A stretch of DNA of 64,000 bases. Origin: Chiloscyllium plagiosum. Lineage: Eukaryota. The position numbers and the translations under genes were made by a program. Each line of letters starts with the position of its first letter. The stretch's first letter is position 1. Of the stretch, positions 1 to 11,950 are shown in pieces. The stretch lies in contig NC_057719.1 of the NCBI RefSeq assembly GCF_004010195.1, forward strand, positions 70,849,526-70,913,525, read 5' to 3'. The notes under the pieces are model-generated. The model saw only the letters and a program-made list of their open reading frames with translations, had not been told where the DNA came from and ran no database searches.

Positions 1-230
1 CACGCAGAGGGTGGTATGTGTATGGAATGAGCTGCCAGAGGGTGTGGTGGAGGCTGGTACAATTGCAACATTTAAGAGGCATTTGGATAGGTATATGAAT
101 AGGAAGGCTTTGGAGGGATACGGGCCGGGTGCTGGCAGGTGGGACTAGATTGGATTGGGATATCTGGTCGGCATGGACGGATTGGACCGAAGGGTCTGTT
201 TCCATGATGTACATCTCTATGACTCTATGA
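1..230 (+). mobile_element. CR1 (HER1-like) LINE 3' end, truncated by the window edge
   Basis: Encodes the end of ORF2 (TQRVV.VWNELP...), then a 3'UTR ending in a CTCTATGACTCTATGA tail. Closely similar to 8061-8288. Confidence 0.85.
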
Positions 231-969
231 GAATACCATTCCTAAAATGATGACATCATTAAGATATGTCTCTCCTCAACTCGCAAAGATGAATGAAGAG
301 CTGAAAGAGAAAGAAAGAAAGGATAAACTACATACTCTGTATCAGCAATCCAATGAGTAAAAATGTAGGTTTAAGGGAAGATCTGGAGCAACTCAGATGT
401 AAAACATGTTAGATCCAGCCAGAGCTGCAACAGAAACATTGGCTTGAACTCAAAGCAATGTGGAGGAAAAATGACACCTGCAAAAACGGGTGAAGATGCA
501 CAGAGCACATGAAAAGGAGCTGCAAATCACTAATGAAGCAATACTTTCAGAAATACATGCAGCAATGCTGCTGTAGTAAAGCAAGGCAGATGAACCAATG
601 AACCATTGATGCACAAACAGAATAGATCCAAACTTCAAAGCATACAAAAAGAAAAATAAGCAGGAGAGGCTGGAAAGTTATTTGAATGAGTTATGAAGGA
701 GAAAAAATATACTAGAGCAACAGAAGGGTAAAACATTAGAAAATTAGAATTAGAAAAATCCAGAGTGTAAGACCTAAAATTTGATTACTGTGCATAAGCG
801 TGAGCAAATTCTAAAACATAGTTGCATTCCAGGAAAGAAAAACTTGACAACAAACAGGAATGACAGACAACACACTGATTGACAACAGCCTCAAACAAAA
901 TCAACATGAAAAGTTGCATATAATCAGCAAATTTATAGAGACTCATAGTCTCACTTATTATTATAAATA

Positions 970-1126
970 GATCAGAGAGCTGTTGGAAAAGCACAGCAGG
1001 TCAGGCAGCATCCAAGGTGCAGGAAAATCGATGTTTTGGGCAAAAGCCTTTCATCAGGAATCTTTCCCAGCACCACTCTGATCTAAACTCTGGTTTCCCA
1101 CATCTGCAGACCTCACGTTTGCCTTG
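970..1126. mobile_element. Short PLE-associated element with internal inversion and a decayed hammerhead motif
   Basis: Same family as 22322-22452 and 22677-22804. Segments 970-1061 and 1062-1126 are in opposite orientations. Flanked by a perfect 12-bp direct repeat TTATTATAAATA (958-969, 1127-1138). Confidence 0.7.
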
Positions 1127-1939
1127 TTATTATAAATATTTCAGGGTTTGTTTAGAAATGCGCAGAATGTTTTATGTAGATCTAACCGTAAAGAGAGTGA
1201 CCTTTTTATGGACTCCATATATCATTTGTATACAATGCTGTGAATCTGCCTGACAGCTAGCCTCTTTAGCATTTGCAAATGACACACACAAACATCCATT
1301 GCTTTATATAATATCTAGTTTGTCATTTCTAATTTTACTGTGTTTTTTTAAATGAACTAATACATGGAGTCAATTAATCCTTCATGAGTAATCCATTCTT
1401 AGGACACTTATCACTAACATGACACCTTAAACACCACCAGTAGACTGGTGAGGTCACAGCTAATGCATATGCACAAAGATTCCACACACATCCCTATGAC
1501 TCATTCACTCTTGTCACTTTCCAACTGCTTGCCAACTGTTGGACTTATCACTAGTGAGCCTGTCAGCAGCAAATTCAAGAGGGAGCTTACCATGATTAGA
1601 TTCAGACCCACTTGGAATAGCTACCCTCCAGCTAACAGTTTTCACAGTGACCAGATTATCACTGTTCTTCAAAATTAACCTCTTATCCCCAGCACTATCA
1701 CCACAGGAGTCTTTATCTCACCATGATCTCCAGAGGGTAAAGATTCCATTTTGGATGCAATCAGCAAAATTTGTTTTGCTTTTAAGTAAAGTTATTATTG
1801 AAATATCTGTGCAAACACATTTGAATAATCGCAAATGGTAAATCTTTCTGGAACCAGTGCAATCAGTTGGTGTAACAGCATGTAATCGTTAGTTTACTCC
1901 TTTTCATTTTTTGATGTATTTGAAAGTTCTGTTTTAATT

Positions 1940-3260
1940 ACTCGTGGGACATGGGCATCACTGGCTGACCAGGATTTATTATCTATCTCTGGTTGCCCTT
2001 AAGGACATGATGGTGAGCTGCCTTTTTGACCTGCTATAGGTTGACCTACAATGACCTTGTAGGGAAAGAATTCCAGATTGTGGGCGGCACGGTGGCACAG
2101 CAGTTAGCACTGCTGCATCACAGCGCCAGAGATCCGGGTTCAATTCCCGCCTCAGGCGACTCTCTGTGTGGAGTTTGCACATTCTCCCTGTGTCTGCGTG
2201 GGTTTCCTCCGGGTGCTCCGGTTTCCTCCCACAGTCCAAAAATGTGCAGGTTAGGTGAATTGGTCATGCTAAATTGCCTGTAGTGTTAGGTGAAGGGGTA
2301 AATGTAGGTGGGGGTCTGGGTGGGTTACGTTTCGGCAGGTCTGTGTGGACTTGTTGGGCCGAAGGGCCTGTTTCCACACTGTGAGTAATCTAATCTAATG
2401 TCGACTCAATGACAGTGAAGGAATGGTGATGTATATTTCCAAGTCAGGATGGTGAGTGGCTTGGAGGGAAACATGCCGGTGATAATGTTCACATGAATCT
2501 GCTGCCCCCGTATCTCGAGATGGAAATGGTTGTTCCTACAGTTTGGAAGGTGCTGTTTAACGCTTTTGGGTGAATTTCTGGAGTGCATTTGTAGATAATA
2601 AACACTGCTGCTACTGAGCATCAGTGATGGAAGGAGTGGATGCTCAGGGATGTGATGCCAATCAATTAGATTGCTTTAACCTAGATTGTGTCAAGATACC
2701 TGCATGTTGTTGGAGCTGCACCTGTCTAGGCAAGTGGGGAGTACTTCAATCACCCTGTTGACTTGTGCCTCGTAGAAGGCGGACAGGCTTTGGGGAATCA
2801 AGAGATGAGTTACTTGCCTAGCATTTGTGTGACATGAATGTTACTGACCACTTGGCAGCCCAGACGTGAATATTGTCCACATCTTGTTGCATTTACACAT
2901 GCACTGTTTCAATATCTGAGCTGTTGCAAATTGTACAGAACATTCTGCAACAGCAGTGAACAGCCCCACTTCTGACGTTATGATAGGGGACAGGTAACTG
3001 ATGAAACAGCTGAAGATGGTTGGGCTTCAGACACCACCCTGAACAGATGTCTTCGATCTGAGATGACTGGCATCAATTAGCCACAACTATTTTCCTATTT
3101 GCCAGGAATGACTCCAATCAGTGGAATGTCTCCCCCCCCCCCCCCCCCCCCCCCCCCCCACCCCCACCGATATTCATTATTCCAGTTTTGCTAGGACTCC
3201 TTGATGCCTTACTCTGTCCTAAAGCTTTTGAAGTCAAGAGCTGTCACTCTCACCTCAACT
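1940..3260 (-). mobile_element. Decayed CR1-clade LINE (second family), 3' part, interrupted by a SINE
   Basis: Reverse complement matches 11455-11950 (GGCAAGTAACTCA..., TCCATCACTGATGCTCAGTAGCAGCAGTG...TATCTACAAATGCAC, ATAAAT...CCCATGTCCC tail). Confidence 0.7.
2082..2399 (+). mobile_element. tRNA-derived V-SINE (HE1-like)
   Basis: tRNA-like head with box A/B (TGGCACAGCAGTT, GGTTCAATTCC), V-domain TGTGTGGAGTTTGCACATTCTCCC...GGTTTCCTCCCACAGTCCAAA, CR1-like tail GGGCCGAAGGGCCTGTTTCC and (AATCT)n end. Confidence 0.85.
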
Positions 3261-3425
3261 CTGGATGCCTTAGACCCCAGTTCCTGTGATGTCATCATCC
3301 TTACCAGTATTGACTGCTGAAAAATGTTTAAAGATGCCACAGTTCTGGAAAATGGTTGGACTGGCTCGATCTTCCTTCCTTGCTGGATAACCATCCACTT
3401 CTCATGCAACTGTATTCTTTGCAGG

Positions 3426-3788
3426 ATGGTGGCGCAGTGACTCAGTGGTTAACACTGCTACCTCACAGCACCAGGGACCTGGGTCGATTCCACCCTCTGT
3501 GGACTGTCTGTGTGGAGTTAGCACTTTCTCCCTGTGTCTGTGTGGGTTTCATCTGGGTGCTTTGGTTTCCTCCCACAGAACAAAGATGTGCAAGTTAGAT
3601 GGATTGGCCATGGAAAATGTAGGGTTACAGACATAGAGTGGGGGAAGGAAGGGTGTGTCTTGGTGGGACTCAATGGGCTGAATGGCTTCAAAGTATGGAG
3701 TCTACTGGAGCATAGATATGTTAACAAATGAAGGGTGTGGACTCAATGGGCTGAATGGCCTGCTTCCACAATCTAGGGATTCTATAAT
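3426..3788 (+). mobile_element. V-SINE (HE1-like), diverged, carrying a 50-bp templated insertion
   Basis: Same head, V-domain and tail as 2082-2399. Confidence 0.8.
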
Positions 3789-3935
3789 TGTCTAATCATC
3801 TCTGGTTACATGCTTCCCAGAAAATTCTTAGCTTCCCTACATTGACTCCTGTCACTCCTCAAGCTCAGAAATGATGAATTTGATTATTTAGATAGTTACT
3901 AGTACATTTGACACCACTTTTCGTTTTGCACCGCA

Positions 3936-3936
<1 letters not shown>

Positions 3937-3977
<41 letters not shown>
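3937..3977. repeat. (CA)n microsatellite
   Basis: About 20 consecutive CA units. Confidence 0.95.
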
Positions 3978-3979
<2 letters not shown>

Positions 3980-4339
3980 CTCTTAAGTATGCCCCTGTGT
4001 TATCAGTTGGGAACTGGTGAACTAAGCAGCATAATCTAAACATGGAAAAATATGTAAGACATTTGTTAGATTGATCTCAAAAGCAAATATTCAGTTATGT
4101 GGAAAGACTTGAAATAGAGGTGTTCTTATAGTATTGGGTTAAAAGAACCAATGAAGATTTTCAAATTTTAAAAGGTTTCAGTGTGCTGGTGGTACAAAAT
4201 CTTAATAAATACTTCTATTTGCTTTTTCTTAGCTGCTGTTGAACTGATAAGGATTAAATATGTAGATGCATACTGTGCAAATACATGTTTACAGCAAGAC
4301 CTTCTTTTTACAACCAGCTACCTTACATGGTTGATTGGT

Positions 4340-4552
4340 TACATTGGCTCAATGGCTGGTCTATAATACAGAGTGACCTCAGTAGTGTAGGTTCAATTCT
4401 GGCACCAACTGAGGTTATGATGACTTCTCCTTCTTTGTCTCTCTCTATCTCTTTACCTGAGGCGTTAAGTTAGACCATTACCATCAGTTGTCTCTCTCAA
4501 ATGAAGGAGCTAGCCCGATGGACTGGAAAGACAATGGCAACTTTACCTTTAC
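4340..4552 (+). mobile_element. Older tRNA-headed SINE (family B)
   Basis: Shares GGTTCAATTC...CTGAGGTT...ACCTGAGG...TCTCTCT...ATGG with 21950-22140 and 57205-57430. Confidence 0.55.
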
Positions 4553-7316
4553 CATGTTATGAGGCAAGGTGCATTTTATTGGTGAGAAAAAAGGACAGAA
4601 AGGATAAATGCTTCAAAGTATGGAGTCTACTGGAGCATAGATATGTTAACAAATGAAGGAGTGTCCTGTATAGGGACATCAAGAAAGCAGGTCATTAAAG
4701 TTCTTCCTGCACTGCATAGAAGTGTTTGTGGATGGACAGAGGGGAGGTGGAGAAAATGGCAGGCATTAGATAGCTGCCACTAATGATCACAGTCACTTCC
4801 CTTCACAAGGTGTGCAACATATGCTTTGTAGGTTCCTGCTCCCAAATAGCCCATCACTTCTGTTGCATATCCTCCATTTATATGACCAATGAAGATTGTT
4901 CATTTTGAGTCTTTCGGCCATCTTTCTCATACATATTGCCTCTGTTTATTCCTTGCAATTAACAGCAAGTGTTATACTCTCACACTGCATCAGATTATTT
5001 GGAACTATTCTATTTAGTTTCCTTTCCCTCTATCACCCATCACAGATATTAACCTAACATTTACTGGTCTGGCCAAAATGAAGTTAAAGGGAATTAAGTG
5101 AAATGAGGAGAAAAAAAATTTTGTGAAGCCTGAAAATGACCTAGTGTTTTGAAAGGTTTCCGTGTGTGTGTGCAACACACACGTGTGCACGTGTGTATTA
5201 AATGTTGTAGTTCAGCAGTAATGAAGTGAGTTGTCACAGTGTCTCTGAAAGACAGACCCATGACGCAGATGTGACAATGTAGACTAACAGTGATTGTCAT
5301 AGGATTGTACTGTGCAAATATCACGTAGTTGATTGGATAGCATAAAGGTAAGCAAACTGGCCTGAGGTAAAAGTTTGTTATGTCCAAGTGATAAGCATCT
5401 TTCCAGAGGGACACAAGCAAAGCTAATAAGCAATTAATCAAACTAGCCATTGGAGGTAACATGTTTGTGCTGTTTGCAGTGATCAAACTGATTGTCTTGT
5501 CTCTAATAAACAATGTAAAAGTTTGAATGCACAATGACTCCAAATGGATAAAGAGCATAAAAAAAGTTCACTTCAGAGCATAGTTAGTTTGCTCAGGAAG
5601 GATTGTCTGACCAGTATCAGCAGGTTGAGACAGAACAGGTAGATCACATGTTTCAGTCTGATCCTTGAAACAAGTCCATGTAAATGCAGTCACTTAGGTA
5701 AGATCTTTTGTAGCATTCTTTGTAGTGTATTTTACTTTAATAAAGAGTATTGGCCATATTCCAATATAATGGGTATACTACCTTGGGTTATTGATCTTCA
5801 GAGTAAATCGACCAACCAAGGAAAGTGGGAATAAAAGGCTACACTATCTAAAAAAAAAACTGAAACATTTTTCCCACAATTTCAATGGTTTGAGGCAAGG
5901 GCATGTTAGTTATTAAGCAACTTATTATTAGACCTTGCAACTTATGGTGGGTCATCAAGTGTGAATGGTGAGGAGAAGGCATTCCTGCCAACAGAGCTCT
6001 CATAACTTTGGATGATGTCATTGACTTATCAAATTCACATCGTTTACACTTTATGTCTTAGCCTCATTTTCTTTCTACCAGCAACCCTGTCTTCCTTCAC
6101 ATTGTCATTTTCAAAACCATTCCATCGTAAACTTCAGAACTTATTGATCTGTGCAGAAAATAAATGTTAGGGAATGCAAAGACTGACTATGGAAGAGATT
6201 TTTCAATGCTATGTGTGTAGTTTTGGTTAGTCTTAGGTCGCAAATGAATTTTTTTTAGATTAGGTTAGATTAGATTCGAAACAACTTCCTTAATGTATAA
6301 TCCATAACAAAGACACTGAAAATGGCTGATTGTAGTTCATTGTATCATACCCTGGAAAAGCAAGGAGAAAGGTCAGTTCTTAAAGTAGTTCAATAAATCT
6401 GTGAGATGATCAAACAAATGCAATAGATTTAAAATGTTCGATCTTCAAAAATAATTTCTGATATTATTCCAGTGCTATTCTACTATTGTTTAACCCCATT
6501 TTAGTTTATGTATTGATCACTGCTTTGACCCAATCATCAGATGTATTCAATAATCAAATTAGCCTTTTTCTGTATTTATGATAATTTATTATAAATATAT
6601 ATCAAAACCAACAGGGATGAAATATTAGCTGACTTACCATTTCTGATACAAGGTAATGTATCTTGGTAAAAATATAGAACAATACCTTACTAATCCGGTC
6701 TTCCTCTGGTTTTTATTCAAAGTGGTCAATGTGTGAAGGAAAGTAGTGTTTTAGAAAAGAGAGAGAGCTTAGCATGTAAACTAACGAATTACATTGCACT
6801 CGTTTAAACAGGGCTGTTTGTTTTAGCTTAACATTCCAAACCATCAAAGAGCAATTATTTTAGTTGATTAAACATGTGAATGCTACAATTACTCTTAGCA
6901 CCTTAAATATCATTCCTCACACAAACAATAATTGGCCCTACCTACTGACTCAAAGACAGCATTTGTTTGTGTTAATATTTTATAGCTCAATCATCCACAC
7001 TAAATACTGCATGGGTAAAGTTTTAGCACATAAAATATTTACATTTTCTATAAGTATGATCTCAAATTAACCCTTATCAGTAACATGGCAGTTATTATTT
7101 CACAGAACACACTTTTCTTACAATACTAAAGATTAAGCAAATTGAATGCATATTAAATTGTAGCAATGGTCTAATCTGGGTTCAGAATCACAGAATTATT
7201 GTGGTGCAGAAGAAAGCCAGTTGGCCCATGTTGTGTACACCAGCTCTCCAAAGGAGTAACCTTTCTACTAACATACCCATGGCTTCTCCCCAGTACCCTG
7301 AACTTTCCTTTTCAGA

Positions 7317-8299
7317 TACAGATTGTTCTGTTCTAACATGCATTGCATCAACATGAATTCACTGCAATGCAATTGATTAATTGGGACCGCTGTTTTTAAA
7401 GAGAAAACTTTTAAAACGCGTGTTGGCTGTTTACATTGCCAACCTTTAAAGCCCTGTTTCTAAAGCATGATGTTTCTATAATGCAGGGTTACACAAGAAT
7501 GAAACCATTGCATTATAGAAGATAAATGCGAGGTGCTGCATTTTGGGAAAGCAAATCTTAGCAGGACGTATACATTTAATGGTAAGGTCCTAGGGAGTGT
7601 TGCTGAACAAAGAGACCTTGGAGTGCAGGTTCATAAATCCTTGAAAGTGGAATCGCAGGTAGATAGGATAGTGAAGAAGGCGTTTGGTATGCTTTCCTTT
7701 ATTGGTCAGCGTATTGAGTACAGGGGTTGAAGGTCATGTTGCGGCTGTACAGGACATTGGTTAGGCCATTGTTGGAATATTGCGTGCAATTCTGGTCTCC
7801 TTCCTATCAGAAAGATGTTGTGAAACTTGAAAGGGTTCAGAAAAGATTTACAAGGACATTGCCAGGGTTGGAGGATTTGAGCTACAGGGAGAGGCTGAAC
7901 AGTCTAGGGCTGTTTTCCCTGGAACATTGGAGGCTGAGGGGCATGGATAGGGTAAATAGGCAAAGTCTTTTCTCTGGGGTCGGAAAGTCCAGAACTAGAG
8001 GGCATAGTTTTAGGGTGAGAGGGAAAAGATATAAAAGAGACCTAAGGAGCAACTTTTTCCCACCAAGGGTGGTACGTGTATAGAATGAGCTGTCAGAGGA
8101 AGTGGTGGACCCTGGTACTATTGCAACATTTAAGAGGCATTTGGATGGGTATATGAATAGGAAGGGTTTGGAGGGATATGGGCTGGGTACTGGCAGGTGG
8201 GAATAGATTGGATTGGGGTCAGTATGGACAGGGTGGACCGAAGGGCCTGTTTCCGTGCTGTACACCTCTGTGACTCTATGGCTCTAAGAACTGACCATA
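7317..8299. mobile_element. Possible Tc1/mariner(Tigger)-like MITE, with a CR1 inserted in its right TIR
   Basis: Left end TA-CAGATTGTTCTGTTCTAACATGC versus rejoined right end GCATTATAGAA|GAACTGACCA-TA. These form imperfect TIRs with TA on both sides. Confidence 0.35.
7519..8288 (+). mobile_element. 5'-truncated CR1 (HER1-like) LINE, relatively young
   Basis: ORF2 C-terminal peptides KCEVLHFG, RDLGVQVH, LYRTLVRPLLEYCVQFWSP, LERVQKRFTR with frameshifts. CTCTGTGACTCTATG tail. Confidence 0.92.
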
Positions 8300-9879
8300 A
8301 TTGTCTAATTCCTCCCTGAATGCTTCAGTTGTATCTGTTTCCACCCGCACTCTTATGCAATGTAGTCCAGACCTTAACAACTCTGCATGAAAACGTATGT
8401 CCTCATAGCACTTTTGCATCTTTTACAAATAATATTATGCTTGTTCCTTCTCCTTTTTGATCGTTTCTCAAGTGGCAACAGCTACTCCCTACATACTCTA
8501 TCTGTTCACACATAATATTGAATAACTTGATCAAACCTCCTTTCAGCCTTCTTGTCCCCAAGGAAAGAAGTTTTAACTTTTCCAATCTATTATCTCAGTT
8601 CTGGGTGTCTGTGATACTATTCTTCATCACAGACACATACTTGCAAAAGTAAATGATGGCTTACGCAATAATAAATATGTTTTAATATAAATACATCATT
8701 TTGATTTCTAAATAGATCGCACTTTCATGCAAGATATTTAACTGTAAGAGTCCTTTTACACAATTTTACTTTTGGGATGTGTGCAAATGGTACATGAATT
8801 GAAGAACATTTTCAACACCAATATGATTTCTCGTAAGTAAGAAAATTATAAACTCTTAAAATCTTAGTGGAGACCAATGGGTTTTTATCAAAAATAAATA
8901 AGATCCCAGGTATTTACTAATCTATGAAGCAAAGCATTCTGTGATTTGAAGTAGAAGACTTTTGCCATAAAGGAATCAAACAAAGCAAGCACTAAATGCT
9001 ATCTCAGATGAATGATACTCTAACACCCAGAGTCAACATATGTTAAACATGAATAGCAAACAAATTGTGGTGAAGAATAAACAATAAATTGTCAACCAAG
9101 CAGTAGAATAACAGACAGATTTTTAAGAATTGGCTCAGTAGTCATGTCCCTTCAAGTTGTTCACAAAGTCACACAAAATTCTTTCTTCTACAGGAGGTAT
9201 TTCAACTCCTCTCCCTCGAGGGTGTAGTCTGATCCCCAGCTGACATTAGGGTACAAACATTCTGATTTTCACAGAATGCACCACAAACAGCATAACCCTG
9301 CAAACCCTGTTTCACATTGATTTTGTTAGGTCCATCAGTGTTATCGGAAAATATCAGCAGCGACCTATTCTCAGCTTCTGAATCTTGACTCTGTCGATTT
9401 CAACTGGCCTGTATTGCAATATTGGACTCATCAATTGCTCTTACCCAGCTTGGACTGATTTGTCTTTTATATTTTTCAACCAGGTTCAATCTCCCCTGAA
9501 GTTTTGGTTTCCAAACATCAGTTTCTTTTTGTCACCTTCATAGCTGTTAGATCAGTTTCTGTTTTGAGTTAGGATCTGCCTGAACAAAAATGAACTGTCA
9601 TAAGCAAGGATTAAAAAAAAACTGAAATTCTGAAAAAACCACCCTCCAGAAGACATTGGAAATGGAGTAGAAGTCAATCAACACATCAAAAATATAACTT
9701 GCTGTGTCAGTTTATTCCAAGTATTGTGAATCACATAGCGTGTTTAGGGCAATCTATCACTCCTTTCTCTCAGGATTAAGAATTATTGGTTTCCACTCTG
9801 GTTCAACCAGTTCAGAGAAGGCTTGTAAGCCCACAGAGTGATCTGCAAATGCTACATACAGGGTAATTCTGCTCAATTG

Positions 9880-10940
9880 TTTGGGTTGTTTGGAAGTTTC
9901 TGCATTCCTCTGCCTCAACTTCGCCTTTGCATGTTTCGAATAAAGTCTCTCCATGTGCTCAGTGCTTCCTGGATGTATACTCTCCATTTTGGTCAATCAC
10001 AAGCCGTGAATTCCAATGAGTTGTTGGAAATTTTTGGCCTCTTCAGAGATGCTTTAACAACATCTCTGAGGAATTTTTACTGTGTGCCCAGGAGTATCCT
10101 GCTGAAACCAAGTTCCAAGAGCAGATCTATTGCTTCAGGAGGCTGGTGACCATGTGAGACAGGTATTCTGCCCAGTAGGGCTGACTTTGAGTAATTAACA
10201 CTATAATGTTTGATTAATTGGCTTGGGAGAGGGGGCAGCTGTTGTACAATCTTTCTTGCAAAGAGATTTGGAGAATCTTGCAAAGGTATTACTGGGGATA
10301 CGTCCCAGTGCTTAGAGGTGGAGTCTGTTGGTTGCCCAAGACTCTACCAGATAGGAATAATGGGGTCACAGCTGCCTGGTAAATTTTGACATTGGTCTCA
10401 GGTTTTAGATTCTGGGTCCCAAATACATTTTTCTTCAGTCAGCTAAAGGCTGAGCTGACACATTGATGATGAATTCCATCATCTGTACCTGCCCTCATCA
10501 AGGGGAGTTTCTCAAATATGACATATGGTCTGCATTATCCAGGATTTTGCAATTTATCTAAATCAAAGGACAAGAGGTGTTGTGCTGTGGGAGTTGCTTG
10601 GATAAAGAAAGAAGCTTTCTGGGTGATTAATGAAAGGCTAATTTTGTCAGGAGTAAACAATGATCGAGAACACAGAGTGAGGGTGAATTGTTTTTGATGT
10701 TGCATTGAACGCAGCATAGTCTGACCAGTTTCCTGTCTGTTCTGTAGATTATCTGAGTCTAATTTGCTGTGGAAATGAGAAAGAGTGTTGGTGCAATGAC
10801 ACAGCCTTATTTGTCCCTAGATTTGACTGGGATAAGGTTTGTAGTGATTCCATTCATGAGTACCTCAGCTTGCATGCATTGCAATGTAGATAGTGGATGG
10901 TGATAATTTTTGAAGAGCCACCAAATTAGAAAACACTTTA
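9880..10940 (-). mobile_element. Decayed RTE-clade (BovB-like) LINE fragment
   Basis: Minus-strand translation gives MQAEVLMNG...K*GCVIAPTLF (RT motif GVKQGC..APTLF) near 10780-10875 and KASLKRPKISNNSLEFTACD*PKWR near 9985-10060, typical of the RTE ORF C-terminus. Confidence 0.7.
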
Positions 10941-11115
10941 ATTACAATCAAACTATATGTTTTATGTGCAGTAGACTTTGAAGTTCTGAAGTTCTACAAT
11001 GTTTTCAGTGTTTCTAGAGCTTGATGTGAGATAAAGGCATTTATGCAGGTTTTCCATCACATCGCATTGGGCTAAATGGTCTGTTTCCACACTGGGTTTT
11101 CTGTTAAACAAAACT

Positions 11116-11449
11116 GGTGTGGCACGGTGGCTCAGTGGTTAGCACTGGTGCCTCATCCACCAGGGGCCCGGGTTCGATTCCTGCTCGGGTGACTATTTGT
11201 GTGGAGTTTGCACGTTCTTCCAGTGTCTGCATGGGTTTCCTCCGGGTGCTCCAGTTTCCTCCCATGGTCCAAAGTTGTGTGGGTCAGGAGAATTGGCCAT
11301 GCTAAATTGCCCATAGTGTTAGGTACGTTAGTCAGGGGTAAATATGGGTTGGGAAATGGATCTGCGTGGGTTCGGAGGAGACGGTGTGGACTTGTTGGGC
11401 TGAAGGGCCTGTTTCCATACTGTAAGGAATCTAATCTAATCTAATCTAA
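11116..11449 (+). mobile_element. V-SINE (HE1-like)
   Basis: TGGCTCAGTGG / GGTTCGATTCC boxes, V-domain, (AATCT)4 tail. Confidence 0.85.
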
Positions 11450-11454
11450 ATCTG

Positions 11455-11950
11455 ACTTGCCCTATTACAGCATCACCCACCAAACTTCTTATGAATACTA
11501 CAGCAAGTAACTCACCTCCTGACTCCCCCAAGCCTGTTCTCCATCTATGAGCCACAAGTCAAGAGTGTGATGGAATATCCCCCACTTGTCTGAACTTGCT
11601 GCTTCAACAACACTCAGGAAGTTTGACACCCTTCAAAACAAAGCAGCCTGCTTCCTTGGCATCACATCTAGAAGCATTCACTCCCTCCACCACCAATGCT
11701 CAGCAACAGTAAGGTGTACTATCTACAAGATGCACTGCACAAATTCACCAAAGCTCCTTACACAGTACCTGCCAAACAAATGACCCCTTTCAACTAGAAG
11801 GATAAGGGCAGCAGACATATGGGAACAGCATCACATGATCTTCAGTGGTTCAAGAAGTCAGCTTACCACCATCTTCTCAAGGGAAACTAGGGATAAGCTA
11901 TAAATGCTGGCCCAGCCAATGATATCCATGTCCCGTGAATGAATTTAAAA
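11455..11950 (+). mobile_element. CR1-clade LINE (second family) 3' end
   Basis: Peptide remnants QVKSVMEYPPL and TTLRKFDTLQNKAA...IHSLHHQ...IYKMHC. Tail ATAAATGCTGGCCCAGCC...GTGAATGAATTTAAAA. Confidence 0.7.

Larger units (their letters stand above)
7185..8590 (-). mobile_element. Old CR1 3' fragment, split into 7185-7318 and 8300-8590 by later insertions
   Basis: ORF 8403-8585(-) EKLKLLSLGTRRLKGGLIKLFNIM resembles the CR1 ORF2 motif L..LGLFSLE.RRLRGDLI..FKIM. Segment 7185-7230 is the reverse complement of a CR1 tail. Confidence 0.6.

Noticed and set aside
240..950. A/G-rich stretch that might be a decayed gag or coiled-coil ORF
   Set aside because: Many stops and no diagnostic motif, so it cannot be supported.
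2082..2160. tRNA-like sequences (also 11116, 3426, 62482)
   Set aside because: These are SINE heads followed by a V-domain and tail, not tRNA genes.
5060..5850. Possible solo LTR (TG/CA palindromic tract, TATA-like and AATAAA motifs) and the 154-aa minus ORF
   Set aside because: No clear TG...CA termini with TSD, no second copy, and no protein similarity recognisable by eye.
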